A stretch of 64,000 nucleotides of DNA from Mytilus trossulus (taxonomy: Eukaryota), in the NCBI RefSeq assembly GCF_036588685.1, contig NC_086375.1, forward strand, positions 23,560,001-23,624,000. The letters run 5' to 3'. The notes beneath the pieces are model-generated. The model had not been told where the DNA came from. It made no database searches and saw only the letters and a program-made list of their open reading frames with translations. Positions within the stretch are counted from its first letter, which is position 1; every line of letters begins with the position of its first letter. The position numbers and the translations under genes were made by a program. This document shows positions 62,101 through 64,000 of the stretch, in pieces.

Positions 62101-63569
62101 CGCACTCTGCCTGGTTCTTACAAAGAGCTGTACTTAAGTGCTAGAATTTTTCCTGTTATGATACAGAGACCATTACATTAATAAATTTACATTTATACAG
62201 TTAACCAGTGAACAAACATGTGCAATTTTGGCATGATGTCCTACTGATACTTATTCCAGATCTTGTTTTTACTTTTATAAAATTATATTGGTGTTGTATT
62301 TTTCAGTGTTGCAATAATTAATGAAGATATGAAGTTACAAAAACAATATGAAGACACAGAAAGACTTTTACTGAAAAAGTTCAAAAAGGTATTAAATGAT
62401 ATTGTATTTAAAAAAGAGGGGGGAAAGATACCAGACGGAATTCAAGCTCATAGATAAAAAAATAAACTGACAGCGCCATGGCAACATACGAAAAAGACAA
62501 ACAATAGACATACAAAAATCATAACATAGAAAAATAAAACTAAGCAACACGAACCTCACCAAAATCTAGGTGTGATCTCAGGTGCTCCAGAATGCTAAGC
62601 AGATCCTGCGCCACATGTGGCACCCATAGTGTTGCTCACGTTACTACAAATAGTTTATTTCAGAAGTCACATTCCTGAGAAGGGAACGGGAAGGTGGTAG
62701 TTACGACATTAAGAGCATGGTTTAATCCAGAACCTGTTTTTCCATATCTATTACCCTTTTCAAAATGTCAAATCAATTTAATCCCAATTTAAAAAACAGA
62801 ATCAGAATAATCTTCAGTCCTAAAATTGTCAAAACTAAAGAGGGCCAAGTTTATAATTTGGTTATAAGTTTATATACCAGAATTTTTTTTATTTGTTTGA
62901 TTTTGTACTCATTGTTCAGTAGTAAGTCATGTAACGTATATCAAACCAATTGATAAAATATTGTTTCATGATTGCATAATTTTTTATATATTCAAATATG
63001 ACATTGTCATTTTAGCTTGAAACAGAAACACAAAGAGAAGATGATAGAAATTATGAGCTTGAAGGACAAAAGCTGGAATTGCATAGTGGCAAGTTTTATA
63101 TGTTTATTTATATAATTGCCAAAAATTGATATATAAATAAAGCTTTCACAATGATTTCTTTTTAATCGAATACAGAAAAACTTTGTTAACAACACACCTA
63201 AGAACATTGTCGAAACCTAGTTCATTTTCTGTTAGGCTAATATATACCAAACCTTATTTGCATATAAATCAGATTTGATATTTTTGATATCTCATTACAT
63301 AAATTTTCTGTTAAATGAAGATCAGGTTCAAAAACAGAAATGATATGAAAAAGTAAAAGCTCTAAGACAGAAATCAAGAAATTTAATCTCTGCAAAAAAA
63401 ACCTTTTGCAGCATCAGATGACTCAAATGACATAAACATTGCAAAATTTTCTGAATTTACAGTAAGTAACAATTTTATCAGTGTTTTTTTCTCCTCTGTT
63501 TTAAGACCTTGAAGAAAAAATGTTACAAAGACAGGAAGATTATGAGGAAGTCAAAGCTTTAGATGGAGC
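38145..63569 (+). CDS. CCDC175-like long coiled-coil protein, first 13 coding exons (continues beyond the window)
   Basis: Exons 38145-38205, 46466-46551, 48278-48389, 48672-48807, 56604-56681, 57538-57592, 58453-58551, 59321-59376, 61082-61145, 61485-61594, 62307-62388, 63016-63088, 63506-63569 splice in frame without stops: MSAKHLMPEVNAAVERLLELADRMK...LEKERRGAHDLLETETIHASILRHKLQFLPPSIKSEIKEAVYSARQDN...LNEKMAEKAGLQIVLNETR... Similarity to vertebrate CCDC175 is from recall, not a search. Confidence 0.8.
41596..44075 (-). mobile_element. Degenerate hAT-superfamily transposon nested in the MULE
   Basis: TIR CAGGGGCGTAGCTA / TAGCTACGCCCCTG, inserted in (TA)n. Minus-strand remnants at ~42880-43530: RRSGRQT..NPPA, YWK...FLAFLDHMI, RSFS..LKTNVRSTM..IALLHIHRDFSVNIDKVIEKF (hAT C-terminal dimerisation domain), with stops and frameshifts. 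Confidence 0.8.
41687..42275. mobile_element. TTAA-targeting MITE with ~190-bp TIRs (Kolobok-like), nested in the hAT
   Basis: TTAA|GGTTCATCATAACAAA ... TTTGTTATGATGAACC|TTAA. Confidence 0.8.
46679..47856. mobile_element. TA-flanked Tc1/mariner-type MITE carrying an inserted dispersed repeat
   Basis: TA|CTGTGAAAGTACTTTTATTTGTGGG ... CCCATGAATTAAAGTATTTCACAG|TA. The repeat at ~47081-47662 is related to ~59535-59725 and, inverted, ~23130-23190. Confidence 0.7.
49678..49871. mobile_element. PIF/Harbinger-type (Tourist-like) MITE
   Basis: TAA|GGCAGCAACCATTTGATTTTC ... GAAAATCAAATGGTTGCTGCC|TAA, with poly-G/poly-C subterminal runs. Confidence 0.85.
50776..53052 (+). mobile_element. HINE-like element, family D, with four ~500-bp cores
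   Basis: TTTTTAGCTCACC.GGCCCGAAGGGCCAAGTGAGC ... GGTGAGCGACACAAGCTCTTTAGAGCCTCTAGTT; cores start near 50860, 51360, 51860 and 52360. Confidence 0.85.
55915..56343 (+). mobile_element. HINE-like family C copy (~2 cores)
   Basis: Same termini and 168-bp core as 9022-9672. Confidence 0.8.
58686..59082 (+). mobile_element. HINE-like family C copy (~1.5 cores)
   Basis: Same termini and core as 9022-9672. Confidence 0.8.
59787..60759 (+). mobile_element. HINE-like family C copy (~5 cores)
   Basis: Same termini; cores at a 168-bp period (for example 60061 and 60229). Confidence 0.85.
62410..62715. repeat. Dispersed repeat fragment, possibly retrotransposon-derived
   Basis: AAGATACCA...TCAA.CTCATAGAT start shared with ~22890 and ~30330, followed by GTGATCTCAGGTGCTCC...AAGCAGATCCTGC. 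Class not established. Confidence 0.45.
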
Positions 63570-64000
63570 GTAAGTATTTTTAGTTTTATTTGAATTTATC
63601 ATAATTCAAGTGATGATAAATACAAACTGCTCCAGATCCTTTTGAATAACATGAAAATGAGACAATATACCAAATTTATAGAGTAATTCAGGACAGTCAT
63701 CCTGAGCTCACTAAATATTTTATAATGAAGAACTGAAAATGACACCATAATGAGAGCGTGAGATTTTCTCTAAAATCTGAGTGCAATAGAATGTGAAAAC
63801 AAAGATTAAAATCTCTCTGATTCCTTGATCACAAAACAGTTTTGATTTGATTTGATTGAGACACCAGAATGAAGTTGGTAGATCAGCTCTACAATATGTC
63901 TGCCTTTTTCAGATCCTGAAAGTGAGTTGACACACACACCACATTTCCCTTTTCCAGTTATTGACAGTTGATTGACACACACACCCTGTCTGCCATTTTC

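Overview
AT-rich, intron-containing animal genomic DNA. The repeat families and RING-less B-box/NHL genes suggest a bivalve, probably a Mytilus-like mussel (inference, not verified). Spliced by hand, the window holds six genes: (1) the 3' end of an unidentified + strand gene with a long 3' UTR carrying a cluster of miR-133 seed matches; (2) a 3-exon, 170-aa bacterial-style short-chain L-asparaginase on the - strand; (3) CRIPT (6 exons), head-to-head with it; (4, 5) two tandem-duplicated RING-less B-box/coiled-coil/beta-propeller (TRIM-NHL-like) genes whose differences concentrate in propeller loops and which share a splice-spanning uORF; (6) the first 13 coding exons of a CCDC175-like coiled-coil gene. 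The rest is dense with mobile DNA: four families of Helentron-type (HINE-like) elements with internal tandem repeats, a three-level nest (MULE > hAT > TTAA MITE), a 6.5-kb unclassified long-TIR element with a 6-bp TSD, several MITEs, and fold-back inversions. Most short ORFs in the track are spurious or repeat-derived. All alignments and counts were done by eye.
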